Shown here piece after piece: positions 8,927 to 18,089 of a DNA stretch of 64,000 nt. Location of the stretch: IMG/VR virus record IMGVR_UViG_3300034073_001700, positions 56,143 to 120,142 of that record; one strand, written 5' to 3'. Both the position numbers and the translations under genes were made by a program. The notes beneath the pieces are model-generated. The model had not been told where the DNA came from, did no database searches, and worked only from the letters and a program-made list of their open reading frames with translations. Position 1 is the first letter of the stretch; every line of letters starts with the position of its first letter. This DNA is from a virus.

Positions 8927-8963
8927 AGAAATAGTATAGCATATATTATGGTAAAATGACTAT
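8927..8963. promoter_or_regulatory. back-to-back leaderless extended -10 promoters
   Basis: Minus strand TGCTATACT(8941-8933)-N6-ATG 8926; plus strand TGGTAAAAT(8949-8957)-N6-ATG 8964. Confidence 0.75.
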
Positions 8964-9143
8964 ATGAGTGAACAATTAACCCCAGAGCAGCATGCAGAAA
9001 TTATAGTTCATCAGATTATTCAGGCAACTAAAAATAAAATTATCAATATACTAGAGCCTCAATTTGATAAGATTTCTGGCGGACACCATCATTTTGATAA
9101 GGGTCTTGCTGACGCAATATTAGCAGATATTAGAAACGCATAA
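8964..9143 (+). CDS. hypothetical protein (59 aa), absent from the ORF track
   Basis: MSEQLTPEQHAEII...DIRNA*, with a leaderless promoter. Confidence 0.65.
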   Translation: MSEQLTPEQHAEIIVHQIIQATKNKIINILEPQFDKISGGHHHFDKGLADAILADIRNA

Positions 9144-9148
9144 TAAAA

Positions 9149-9175
9149 GAGCAGTTTGTCGTCATACTCAGGACG
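9149..9175 (-). ncRNA. compact H-type pseudoknot motif, copy 1 (3' of hsp20)
   Basis: CGTC-CT-GAGTA-T-GACG-ACAAAC-TGCTC followed by TTTTATT; preceded by hairpin 9176-9199. Confidence 0.65.
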
Positions 9176-9202
9176 GAGTTAAGTATCGATACCTAACTCA
9201 GT

Positions 9203-9622
9203 TTATTTAATTTTGATTGCTTTTGGCTTTTTTTCTTCTGGGATGTTTCTTTCCACAATAACGCTAAGAATACCGTCTGCCATTTCAGCACGATCAACCT
9301 CCATATACTCTCCTAGAGCAAAGGTGCGTGTGAACTTGCGAGTTGCGATACCCTTATGAAGTACATTTTCTGTACCCTCTTCGGTTTTCTCACCCTTGAC
9401 GATTAATCTTCCATTATCCACAGAAACCTCGACTTCGTCTTTGCTGAATCCAGCAACTGCAAAGCGATAAGCATAAGTGTCCTCATCAAGTTTTACCACA
9501 TCATATGGTGGATAGGATTGACGAGTTGCCTCACGATGGATATTTGAAAGACGGTCCAACTCACGGTTGAAACCAATAAAAATTGGATCGTTAAACAGAT
9601 CCAATGCAAATGAACTTACCAT
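9203..9622 (-). CDS. small heat shock protein (Hsp20/IbpA family)
   Basis: YPPYD, AVAGF, LHKGIATRKFTRTF, A.MADGILSV, IPEEKKPKAIKIK. Confidence 0.95.
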   Translation of the reverse strand: MVSSFALDLFNDPIFIGFNRELDRLSNIHREATRQSYPPYDVVKLDEDTYAYRFAVAGFSKDEVEVSVDNGRLIVKGEKTEEGTENVLHKGIATRKFTRTFALGEYMEVDRAEMADGILSVIVERNIPEEKKPKAIKIK

Positions 9623-9628
9623 TATTTC

Positions 9629-9675
9629 CTCCTTGTTAAGCGAGTCATTTTAAGTACCCCCCTTTGGGCAGGTAC
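9629..9675 (-). promoter_or_regulatory. ROSE-like RNA thermometer candidate in the hsp20 5' UTR
   Basis: Hairpin GTACCTGCCC-AAA-GGGGGGTAC, then CTC(G)CTT-AAC-AAGGAG pairing over the SD with a UCGCU motif; promoter TGCTATAAT at 9690-9682. Confidence 0.6.
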
Positions 9676-9682
9676 ATTTATA

Positions 9683-10492
9683 TTATAGCATATTATACAT
9701 AGATTCAGCAATATGTAATTGTCGGTGTAATCCCCAATGTCCTGGTGGCCAGTAGTCATAGTCTGCTGCATAGTTGAAAAATTTTTCATTAGCAAATTCC
9801 GAATGGCATGTTAGATGTGTTAAATCTATCTGATCTAAAAAAGACTTACTTTCAAAATATCCATCGCTAAATTGTTCTAGATTAAGCCTATCTATGCCAC
9901 TATAATCATATGCTGTCCATATAAATTTTATATTATTGATTTCGCAATATTGAATTAATATTTTTATAAATAAAATATTATAAAAAATTGCAAACTCTGG
10001 GGGGATTACATTTTCTATATCATGTGGTCCTTTAGAATATTTTAAAAGTTTGTGATCAGCAAGTATACCCTTCCCCATTCCATTAATATCAGAACTGAGA
10101 CCTGCCTTTAAATTAATTAATGGAGTTTCTAACCTTGGTAATGAAAAAACTGCAAATATATATTTGGGATGATAGAATTCTTTAAAAAATTGAAATGCTT
10201 TTATTACTTGAGCCTGAGCACCGTCTCCACCTTTTGCTAGATTAGCATAATCTTTATCCATTTTTTGTGACAATAAGTATGGCCAGGTTAAATGTATTGG
10301 CAATGCGTGGCCTTCTGTTTGAGAACATCCCAATACCAATATTTCCTGATTTTCAAATTCATTACACCTGTATCCATAAGAATTAAAGTTGTATTCTATT
10401 TCAACAGAGTCTGCTTCTTTTTTAAGAACACTATCACCCATATCTCTTAAGGATCTATTCAGAATTTTATTAAGAAGATTTGGGTTGGTCAT
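9683..10492 (-). CDS. SGNH/GDSL-like hydrolase or acyltransferase
   Basis: LGCSQTEG, NLAKGG, C-terminal D...GHWG...H. Confidence 0.6.
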   Translation of the reverse strand: MTNPNLLNKILNRSLRDMGDSVLKKEADSVEIEYNFNSYGYRCNEFENQEILVLGCSQTEGHALPIHLTWPYLLSQKMDKDYANLAKGGDGAQAQVIKAFQFFKEFYHPKYIFAVFSLPRLETPLINLKAGLSSDINGMGKGILADHKLLKYSKGPHDIENVIPPEFAIFYNILFIKILIQYCEINNIKFIWTAYDYSGIDRLNLEQFSDGYFESKSFLDQIDLTHLTCHSEFANEKFFNYAADYDYWPPGHWGLHRQLHIAESMYNML

Positions 10493-10496
10493 ATTA

Positions 10497-11918
10497 CTAT
10501 TTTATCACTTTAGTATTATAGGTTTCTTGCCATTTTAATATATCATTTTCATCATTTAACAACGGCTGTCCTTTAATATTTAAACTAGTATTTAGCAATA
10601 TTGGCACCCCTGTCATTGCATACCAATTAGAAAGAACATCATATAGCCCAGGGTGTTGATCTTTATTTACTGTCTGTACCCTTGAAGTACCGTCTTGATG
10701 AACAACAGATGGAATTAGTTCTGGCTTTAAACATTTTGGAGTATATTGCATATATGGGGAGGCATAGTTCATATCAAACCATTTGCCTGCATGCTCTTCC
10801 ATAATAACTGGAGCAAAAGGTCTAAACAATTCTCTTTTTTTAATTAAATTAACTTTATCCTTAATATTTGGATCTCTTGGATCTGCAAGAATAGATCTAT
10901 TTCCAAGCGCTCTTGGGCCATACTCTGCTCTTCCTGTTGCGACTGCAACAATTTTATCTCTAATTAAGCCAGTGATAATTTCTTTTACTGGATATTCCCC
11001 GCCCAAATCATATCCTAAGTATGGATGTTGCCAATTAACATGCTTGCCATATGCTGCTGTTGCTGCACCCAAAGATGAACCAGCGTCACCAGGATTAGGC
11101 ATAATCCAAACATCATCAAACATTCTCCAAAGCATTGTGTTGGCTGCACAGTTAAGGGCACAACCACCCATAAAAACAAGGTTGCGTTTACCTGTAAGTT
11201 TCTGCGCCATGGCCATAAAATTAACTAATCTTTCTTCGTATACCCTTTGAACAGCAGCAGCAATATCAAACTGTTCTCTATGCCCTATATGTTCATTCCA
11301 GTCTATGATTCCTTTATGAAAATTATATTTTTGTGTATTTATATCTGGAAAATATTCTTTTACTTTAAGATAATATCTTGTCCAATCTCCATAGGCTGCC
11401 ATCCCCATCATAATATATTCTTCTTGATTTGGCATAAGTCCTACCAACTGAGTGAAAGCAGAATAAAATAAGCCGAAACTAAATGGGTAATTCTTTTTGT
11501 ATACTTGCTTTATTGAAGAGCCCTCTCCAACCCAAATAGTAGAAGTATTGTATTCTCCAATAGCATCGAGAACCACTATAACAGCATCATTAAATTTACT
11601 TGTATAGTAGCCAGCACAAGCGTGAGAATAGTGGTGGCTAAAGTATTTTACTGGTAAGTCCATAGGAATATTTGGTTTCCAATCTGCCGCTCCACCTCTT
11701 AACATTATTCTAGATCTTTTAAGCCAAGGCTTTTCATAATATGCTATGACATTAGGTGTCCCATAGTTTAATGCATCTAGTATAATTTCTTTATTATTGT
11801 ACCAATCATTTTTTTCCTTACTATATCTTTCTGCATGACCAGCAAAAAGTATTTCTCCATCTTTAATTAAAGATACAGATGCGTCGTGCGAAGTTTCATT
11901 TATTCCAAGAATTATCAT
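10497..11918 (-). CDS. carbamoyltransferase (NodU/CmcH family)
   Basis: HDAS, HHYSHA, DAIGE, MGMAAYG, GGCALNC, PGDAG, EYGPRALGNRS, FRPFAP, LLNTSLN. Confidence 0.95.
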   Translation of the reverse strand: MIILGINETSHDASVSLIKDGEILFAGHAERYSKEKNDWYNNKEIILDALNYGTPNVIAYYEKPWLKRSRIMLRGGAADWKPNIPMDLPVKYFSHHYSHACAGYYTSKFNDAVIVVLDAIGEYNTSTIWVGEGSSIKQVYKKNYPFSFGLFYSAFTQLVGLMPNQEEYIMMGMAAYGDWTRYYLKVKEYFPDINTQKYNFHKGIIDWNEHIGHREQFDIAAAVQRVYEERLVNFMAMAQKLTGKRNLVFMGGCALNCAANTMLWRMFDDVWIMPNPGDAGSSLGAATAAYGKHVNWQHPYLGYDLGGEYPVKEIITGLIRDKIVAVATGRAEYGPRALGNRSILADPRDPNIKDKVNLIKKRELFRPFAPVIMEEHAGKWFDMNYASPYMQYTPKCLKPELIPSVVHQDGTSRVQTVNKDQHPGLYDVLSNWYAMTGVPILLNTSLNIKGQPLLNDENDILKWQETYNTKVIK

Positions 11919-11930
11919 AATAACTACACC

Positions 11931-12017
11931 CTAATATATAAAGGTGCCCTTATCCCTTTTTCTGAAAAATTTTTTAATTTTATGATAAGTTATATAAATA
12001 TAATATTTAAATTTCAT
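11931..12017 (-). CDS. small basic peptide (28 aa) upstream of the carbamoyltransferase
   Basis: AAGGAG RBS; MKFKYYIYITYHKIKKFFRKRDKGTFIY*. Confidence 0.55.
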   Translation of the reverse strand: MKFKYYIYITYHKIKKFFRKRDKGTFIY

Positions 12018-12029
12018 ATTATCTCCTTA

Positions 12030-12062
12030 AAATAAAACAGGGATGTTCATAAGAGCATCCCC
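12030..12062. terminator. hairpin / probable intrinsic terminator
   Basis: GGGATGTTC-ATAA-GAGCATCCC with T-rich tails on both strands; TGATAAAAT (-10-like) adjacent on the minus strand. Confidence 0.55.
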
Positions 12063-12079
12063 ATTTTATCATAATGACA

Positions 12080-12376
12080 CTAGGCCATTTGTGCAGGCTT
12101 TCCGCCTCCGCCAGACTTCTTCTTAGAAGCCTTTTTTTCTGCAGACTTTTTTGCTAACTTTTTAAGTTCTAAATCAGCAAGATTTGCCACCAAACCAAAC
12201 GCAGGGTCCTTTGGATTTACTGCCCTTATTGCTGGTCCTACTACTGCAATTAAACCTGCAATTAGTAAGCCGTCTATTCCAAGATCGCTATTGGCCTGAT
12301 ATGATTGTGCTACAGCAACACCGAACGATGCAATGTAGGTCTCTAGCACCTTCTTTTGCTTATCTTTAAGTTTCAT
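12080..12376 (-). CDS. holin-like membrane protein
   Basis: Hydrophobic segments, GPAIRAVNPKDPAFG, basic tail. Confidence 0.55.
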   Translation of the reverse strand: MKLKDKQKKVLETYIASFGVAVAQSYQANSDLGIDGLLIAGLIAVVGPAIRAVNPKDPAFGLVANLADLELKKLAKKSAEKKASKKKSGGGGKPAQMA

Positions 12377-12385
12377 TTTGTCCTC

Positions 12386-12553
12386 CTAGGATATGAACTT
12401 TGCTATGGCTACCCAAACTGGTTGAGCCAGCCATATACCCATTATACCAGCCACTCCAGCAAATACCTTAGGTGCTGGGAGCGGTAGTTTTAAGGATAAG
12501 CATATAAGGCCAAATCCTAGTCCAACAAGTAATGATATTAGTATATCTTTCAT
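12386..12553 (-). CDS. XapX/DUF1427-like small membrane protein (55 aa), absent from the ORF track
   Basis: MKDILISLLVGLGFGLICLSLKLPLPAPKVFAGVAGIMGIWLA. Confidence 0.7.
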   Translation of the reverse strand: MKDILISLLVGLGFGLICLSLKLPLPAPKVFAGVAGIMGIWLAQPVWVAIAKFIS

Positions 12554-12747
12554 TATTTTCCTTTCAAATTATCAGGATGATCCATTGGGGTTGGAATTGT
12601 TATCAAAGCCCCACATCTTGCACACTCACCGTCCAATAAATATAGTCCAATCTCATAGTCTGCAGGATCAATCTTTACAGCAACCTTTAAAAGGTCACAG
12701 TTGCATTCTGGACATACACAGGTCGGAATTCCTCTTGCGTCAATCAT
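12553..12747 (-). CDS. Zn-finger hypothetical protein
   Basis: CxCPEC...CARC. Confidence 0.7.
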   Translation of the reverse strand: MIDARGIPTCVCPECNCDLLKVAVKIDPADYEIGLYLLDGECARCGALITIPTPMDHPDNLKGK

Positions 12748-13108
12748 TTGGAATATCTTCTGGAAACATCTTTTCTAATTTTTCAAAGGCTGATCTAAAT
12801 CTTAATATAGATAGGTCGTTTGGGTAATTTAAGTCAAATTCAATTTCATGTTTATATTCAATCAATGCTTTGTGCAGGTCTTCTATATACTTAAAAGCAT
12901 CTTCTCTTGTTTGTGTTAGAAATGCTATAAGGTGTTCTTTTTCTACTAAGGCATCGCCATTAAATCCATCTCTTAACATTTCAACATCATCAATGGTTTT
13001 CTTTAAAAGCATAACTAGTTCTAAGTTTTTATTTTTTATTCGTACAAAGGCAATAGAAACCAATGATACTAAGCAAGCCACGAAAACAAATATACCAAAC
13101 TCAAGCAT
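12740..13108 (-). CDS. membrane-anchored hypothetical protein
   Basis: N-terminal TM after ATG 13108 (start revised from 13174). Confidence 0.65.
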   Translation of the reverse strand: MLEFGIFVFVACLVSLVSIAFVRIKNKNLELVMLLKKTIDDVEMLRDGFNGDALVEKEHLIAFLTQTREDAFKYIEDLHKALIEYKHEIEFDLNYPNDLSILRFRSAFEKLEKMFPEDIPND

Positions 13109-13598
13109 GGCGACTCTCATGTGTTGGCCAATAATATTTGCAGGGCTCTTTACGATCAGGGCAACATGGAACATTGTTGATACTTGTTACTGCATACTGA
13201 AATGGTGCATACAATATTGGATCTTTTTTGAATAAGTTGGCACGATGAGTAGTCACAATACGAAGCAACTTATTTTCATCTTGAAAATAGTCAGGCATAC
13301 TATTGCCCCAGTCATCCCAACACAAATCTTTTAAATTGTTTAGGTTTGCCTCATTGTTCTCAGTCTTGATGCCACGAGACTTGGCTTCAGCAATCATGGC
13401 TTGTACATAGTTCCAAAGACCACGCTCAAAACCTTTCCACATAAGTACTGCTGGATGATTACGCCAACCACCTGTAGGCGATTTGCCAGACAAAACATTT
13501 AGTATCTGGTAGCATTCTAAAATTTGTTTGTTGAGGCGCTTACTATCTAAAATAGCAGCAGACACACGATAATCTGACTGTGGCAGAAATGTTTGCAT
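13101..13598 (-). CDS. pyrimidine-dimer DNA glycosylase (DenV-like, MSMEG_6728 family)
   Basis: MQTFLP, LDSKRLNKQILE, GWRNHPAVLMW, HRANLFKKDP, YYWP. Confidence 0.88.
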   Translation of the reverse strand: MQTFLPQSDYRVSAAILDSKRLNKQILECYQILNVLSGKSPTGGWRNHPAVLMWKGFERGLWNYVQAMIAEAKSRGIKTENNEANLNNLKDLCWDDWGNSMPDYFQDENKLLRIVTTHRANLFKKDPILYAPFQYAVTSINNVPCCPDRKEPCKYYWPTHESRHA

Positions 13599-13610
13599 TA
13601 CGACACCCTT

Positions 13611-13895
13611 CTATATCCAGTACTTAAGTATAGCAGTTATGGCTAAAATTGTCCAGAGTATATTAAACCAAATTAGTGTGGGTATTGTTTTTACAGTAGA
13701 AGACCATATTAGCATTAGGCTTGAAGCGAGGGCAAAAATATAAAGCCACCACCATTGCTTATTAAATAATAGTCCTGGGATAATTATTACTGCCTTGGTC
13801 ACAAAAGCAAAAAATTCAACAATATTAGGTTTATTCCAGTAGGATTTATTGCCCATGGTTTTTAATGCATAAAGCCAATCTAATTTAAAATTCAT
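13611..13895 (-). CDS. small membrane protein
   Basis: Three hydrophobic segments. Confidence 0.65.
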   Translation of the reverse strand: MNFKLDWLYALKTMGNKSYWNKPNIVEFFAFVTKAVIIIPGLLFNKQWWWLYIFALASSLMLIWSSTVKTIPTLIWFNILWTILAITAILKYWI

Positions 13896-15435
13896 TTAAT
13901 TGCTCCAAAAATTTTCTATGCCCAATACATTCAAATTTTTTATAGTCTTGAACACTTGTAAAATAATCATAGTTATCACAAGCATCTTTATATTTTTGAG
14001 AATAGTTTATATATTTTTCAGCAAGACTCTTATTTATTTTATTAATTCCTAAACCAACAACGAGCCAACTATCAAATGACCAATATGTTCCACTATCATG
14101 TTTGTTTGGAAATCTCTCCTGCCACAAATCTATCTTATTTTTTAAACTGTCTGGCGCATTGTTATAAGAAAATTTTGACCAAAACTCTGTATCTTTTCTG
14201 TCTCCCATATAATGAAAATAAACAAACTCTGCTATATCATTATTCATTTTGACTACATCTTTATTAAATTCTTTTCTTAAATTATCTGTGTTGCCAAACA
14301 ACCACTCTGGATTAGAGAATAATCTTTTTAACATATTTATGCTCGCCCAAATAGAAGTAGCCTCTAATGGCTCTATAAAGTTTGATGCAAGACCTATTGC
14401 AACACAGTTATTAACCCAAGGAGTCTCATAACATCCAGCACTAAATTTAAATCCACCCTTATCTTTACGTGGATATGATGGCTCATACCCTAAATATTCT
14501 TCTATCTCTTGTACTGCTTCAGACTCTGATATCATAGATGAATCATATACATACCCGCATCCAAATCTAGACTGTAAAGGAATCTTCCACATCCAGCCAT
14601 ACTTCATTGCTATTGCCTCAGTATATGGGGGAATTTCTTCTGTCATCTCAATAAAAAATGGTAGTGCTGAATCTACTGGAAGGAAATCACTATAACTCTT
14701 CCACTCTGATTTAAATAGTTTGCCTATGATTAACCTATGAAATCCACTGCAATCAAATACAAAATCACATGGCTCCATACTTCCATCTTCAAATGAAACA
14801 CTTTGTATATTATCATTGTAGTCTAGTGATATATTATTAATTGTTTTTTCAATTATCTTTATACCACGATCTATACCTATTGACTTTAGCCTATCGGCAA
14901 ATTTAGAGGCGTTAAAATGTATGGAGTGGGACGCTAAATTATCATAATCTGAATTTAAATTTTTAGTATAGGAATTTTTATCAACGAAAGGAACCTTGTT
15001 ATCTTCTGAAATTTTTTCTATAAAGTCAACTGGTCCAAACTTATTGTTTTTTATAATGCTAGAAATTATAAGAGGATGGGTTAAAAGTCCAGCAGACCCC
15101 GCATCGAATCCTGCTGATGTAGATTGCTTTACCGAAAAGGCATGATAATAAAAATCACCATCGTTGTTCCAGTTAGTAAACTTAATTCCATTTTTAATAG
15201 TGGTATCACAGTGCTGTACTAGATCATGCAATGGTATATCTAAACTATTAAGAAAGTCTACTATTTGTGGGGTAGATCCTTCTCCTGCACCTAAAATGCC
15301 AATATCCTTAGACTCAACCAATGTAACATTAAGATCTGGATATATCTTGTTTATATATAGTGCGGTCAACCAACCAGCGCTACCGCCTCCAACTACCAAA
15401 ATATTTTTGATGCTAATCTTCTTTACCACCCTCAC
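13885..15435 (-). CDS. tryptophan-halogenase-like flavin-dependent halogenase
   Basis: GGGSAGW, GAGEGS, TIKNGIKF (catalytic Lys position), DCSGF, WMWKIP, FIEPLEATS; exact start uncertain. Confidence 0.88.
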   Translation of the reverse strand: MRVVKKISIKNILVVGGGSAGWLTALYINKIYPDLNVTLVESKDIGILGAGEGSTPQIVDFLNSLDIPLHDLVQHCDTTIKNGIKFTNWNNDGDFYYHAFSVKQSTSAGFDAGSAGLLTHPLIISSIIKNNKFGPVDFIEKISEDNKVPFVDKNSYTKNLNSDYDNLASHSIHFNASKFADRLKSIGIDRGIKIIEKTINNISLDYNDNIQSVSFEDGSMEPCDFVFDCSGFHRLIIGKLFKSEWKSYSDFLPVDSALPFFIEMTEEIPPYTEAIAMKYGWMWKIPLQSRFGCGYVYDSSMISESEAVQEIEEYLGYEPSYPRKDKGGFKFSAGCYETPWVNNCVAIGLASNFIEPLEATSIWASINMLKRLFSNPEWLFGNTDNLRKEFNKDVVKMNNDIAEFVYFHYMGDRKDTEFWSKFSYNNAPDSLKNKIDLWQERFPNKHDSGTYWSFDSWLVVGLGINKINKSLAEKYINYSQKYKDACDNYDYFTSVQDYKKFECIGHRKFLEQLNEF

Positions 15436-15655
15436 GAACTAGCAAAACTATTGCCCCATTATCCTCAAGAGCCTTTTTTACCCTTACCATATACTCTACA
15501 GCACGACGTTTGTCTGAGTCATGTAATGACATAAAGGATTTTTCCGATGCTTTAACAGTTAAAAAATGTTCATTGTCTATAATTTGTACCTGAAAACCAC
15601 TAGGACAAAAATGATCTAATGACCTAAAAGATTTACGCATACTATCTGTATACAT
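15413..15655 (-). CDS. hypothetical protein
   Basis: ORF tightly packed in the operon. Confidence 0.7.
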   Translation of the reverse strand: MYTDSMRKSFRSLDHFCPSGFQVQIIDNEHFLTVKASEKSFMSLHDSDKRRAVEYMVRVKKALEDNGAIVLLVREGGKED

Positions 15656-16215
15656 TATTTTTTTATTTCTACGTTCGGCATAATATCAATAAGTAGATGT
15701 ACCCTATCTATATTGCTATTATTTTTAACAAGATGATGTCTAGAATTATTTACTTCCCAACATTCTCCAGCCTTCATGTTAACTTCTTCATCTCCAACTC
15801 CAAAAAGAACTCCGTCTGAAGTTATAATTGGTATGTGATTTCTTCTAGAAAACATTAGGTAATCTCCAGAGTCATGATGTATGGGTATATCCTCGTTTGC
15901 TTTCAACTTAATTAACAAAACCATTCCCCTTACTCCGTCATGGATTCTTTCTAAATCTTTAACGATTGGCTCTACCAAATCTAACAGAGTTTGATCTTGA
16001 GACTTAGTTTCGACAATAAATTCTTCTCCGTCTTTCCAATAAAGGTTAGCCCTATTAATATAATAGGTAAAGGTTTGCTTATGTATCTTGGAGTTATCTT
16101 GTCTGGCAGTATCTATAAGCCATTCGTCAGAAAAATTTTCTACATACTTTCTGATTTTATCAACATTATATTCAGCAAGTTTTTTAAAATTAAAATTTTC
16201 TACTGTCTTTCTCAT
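15655..16215 (-). CDS. aspartyl/asparaginyl beta-hydroxylase-like 2OG oxygenase
   Basis: IPIHHD, RNHIPIIT, GECWEVNN..HH.V.N...DRVHLLID. Confidence 0.85.
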   Translation of the reverse strand: MRKTVENFNFKKLAEYNVDKIRKYVENFSDEWLIDTARQDNSKIHKQTFTYYINRANLYWKDGEEFIVETKSQDQTLLDLVEPIVKDLERIHDGVRGMVLLIKLKANEDIPIHHDSGDYLMFSRRNHIPIITSDGVLFGVGDEEVNMKAGECWEVNNSRHHLVKNNSNIDRVHLLIDIMPNVEIKK

Positions 16216-16796
16216 AGTACCTCCAATGACTTTTCAAACTCCAGGGGATATCCAAAATTATTAAAATCTTCAATGTATATATCCCTGGTCATTTGTATGG
16301 TTTGCTCCGTATAGTCTTCTTTATATGATTGTACCATATAATTACCTATGTTGTATTTACCCAAAGTCCATCCAAAATCACGCTCTAGTTCAACCAAATT
16401 TTCAAAATTATATAACTTAGTAACCTGAAGCATTTTTTGTTCAATAATATAAAAAGACTGAGACAGGTGTAGTAGTGGAGTTATCTGAGAAATTTTATTT
16501 TCCTGGATATTGGTAAGGTATTCTAGAAAAGATATATCAACCTGATTTGCTTTTTTATATTGACCAAAACAACTATAGGTTCTGGTGTATGGATTTCTAA
16601 CAACAGAAAAAGAAAATGTTTTATCATTAATGTCATTAACTTCTTTTAAATAAAAGTACGGGTCATGGTGTCTTGGCCAACCCCTTTTCCAATTATCTAA
16701 ATTATTTTCATTTAATATTTTAGATATAGACGATCCTGCAGTTTTTGGAATATGAACAAACAAAACTGAATCATATTCCTCATTTGCTATAATCAT
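16212..16796 (-). CDS. sulfotransferase family 2 protein
   Basis: FVHIPKTAGSSI, FSVVRNPYTR..S, Y..DF..FGY. Confidence 0.82.
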   Translation of the reverse strand: MIIANEEYDSVLFVHIPKTAGSSISKILNENNLDNWKRGWPRHHDPYFYLKEVNDINDKTFSFSVVRNPYTRTYSCFGQYKKANQVDISFLEYLTNIQENKISQITPLLHLSQSFYIIEQKMLQVTKLYNFENLVELERDFGWTLGKYNIGNYMVQSYKEDYTEQTIQMTRDIYIEDFNNFGYPLEFEKSLEVL

Positions 16797-16811
16797 TAAT
16801 GTACCAATCTA

Positions 16812-17093
16812 TTAGTCTAATGTTAAATTTTGCCAAGCATTTGCCCAGTCCTGTGCAGTTTTGTGGTCGTTAAATTCTTTAGAAATAGAACCAGCATCCA
16901 AATAAATACCGCCCCACACTCCATATTCTTTGCTTGATACACCAACAGCAAAACATGTTTTTGCTACTGGACAATTTAAACAAAGTAGATCTATTGCTGG
17001 CCTAAGAGCAGACTCTTCTTCGTACTTATCAAAAAATAAATTAGTATCATAATCTAAACAAGATGCCTGATCTTTCCATTTAAGTTTGTGCAT
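16812..17093 (-). CDS. whiB: WhiB-family transcription factor
   Basis: W..QASC, FF, CLNCPV...C, GVWGG. Confidence 0.93.
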   Translation of the reverse strand: MHKLKWKDQASCLDYDTNLFFDKYEEESALRPAIDLLCLNCPVAKTCFAVGVSSKEYGVWGGIYLDAGSISKEFNDHKTAQDWANAWQNLTLD

Positions 17094-17304
17094 GTCCTAT
17101 TACAAACCTTTCTGGAATATCCCAGCCATTTCTATTGGGGACAAATCGTCTCGACATATACCAATTATTTTTAAAATATACGCCATACTTAGAAGTTTTT
17201 GCTTTATCAGATCTGTATCGATTTACTACAGACCATCCATCCCAATACAAATCTTTATTATTGGAAACAATAGACTCCATTTGTTCTAAATTATCTATAA
17301 TCAT
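17080..17304 (-). CDS. hypothetical protein
   Basis: WDGW motif; start revised to ATG 17304 after an AGGAG RBS. Confidence 0.65.
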   Translation of the reverse strand: MIIDNLEQMESIVSNNKDLYWDGWSVVNRYRSDKAKTSKYGVYFKNNWYMSRRFVPNRNGWDIPERFVIGHAQT

Positions 17305-17311
17305 TTTTCTC

Positions 17312-17662
17312 CTAGTATTTAAAAATTCCAAATTCAACATTATTAAGTTGTGCTTCTGATACTAACTTTGAATTTCCTTCTTTTGGATTTGCCAGATAAA
17401 CAAAGTAATTGATATCTGACATGTTTTCTAAAATCCAAGAAGGAGCAACCTTATACATTTTTATTTTTTTGCCACGAGACCTCATTCCCTTTTCAGAAAC
17501 ATTTGTAAATTCCATAACCATAGAGTTTACTTTGGCAGGACCAGCGCTATAAATATAAAAATAATTATCGTCTACTGGCATACCCGAAAGGGCTACGCCC
17601 ATGGCACGAAGGAAAACCTGGTAGTCATCAAAACTACTAGTACCCTGTACTCCCACTATCAT
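17312..17662 (-). CDS. SLOG/DUF2493-like protein
   Basis: IVGVQGTSSFDDY N-terminus resembles the SLOG fold. Confidence 0.5.
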   Translation of the reverse strand: MIVGVQGTSSFDDYQVFLRAMGVALSGMPVDDNYFYIYSAGPAKVNSMVMEFTNVSEKGMRSRGKKIKMYKVAPSWILENMSDINYFVYLANPKEGNSKLVSEAQLNNVEFGIFKY

Positions 17663-18065
17663 TGAAGTTGTTCCCTTCTTGTAGACGATCCATTATGAAG
17701 ATCATTTTATCTAATTGTACCTTATTCATAGCCATTGTGTCAACTGTTCTGGTTGTTTCTTTATCAACATCACCGTGAACCATATCAGCAGTATAAAAAA
17801 CATTGTCTTTAACCCAATACGCCTGATTGTCCACAATAATCACACGTATCTTTGTTCGCTCTTCGTGCTTACGAGACTGAGTTTCTTTTTTAGTCTCTGT
17901 AGTTTGATTTTGACTATTAATTGCTTGCTTTATAATATGTTTGCTACTTTGAGTTTTAACAAATTGTTTTGTAGAAAACTCATTAAAAATATTAAATTTA
18001 TTTTGTAGTATATTAATAAAATAGATTAATGCAAATGCAAAGGCAAACCCAATATAATATTTCAT
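17637..18065 (-). CDS. membrane-anchored hypothetical protein
   Basis: N-terminal TM; TATAAT upstream. Confidence 0.7.
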   Translation of the reverse strand: MKYYIGFAFAFALIYFINILQNKFNIFNEFSTKQFVKTQSSKHIIKQAINSQNQTTETKKETQSRKHEERTKIRVIIVDNQAYWVKDNVFYTADMVHGDVDKETTRTVDTMAMNKVQLDKMIFIMDRLQEGNNFNDSGSTGY

Positions 18066-18089
18066 ATTATCACCAATACAATTATACTA

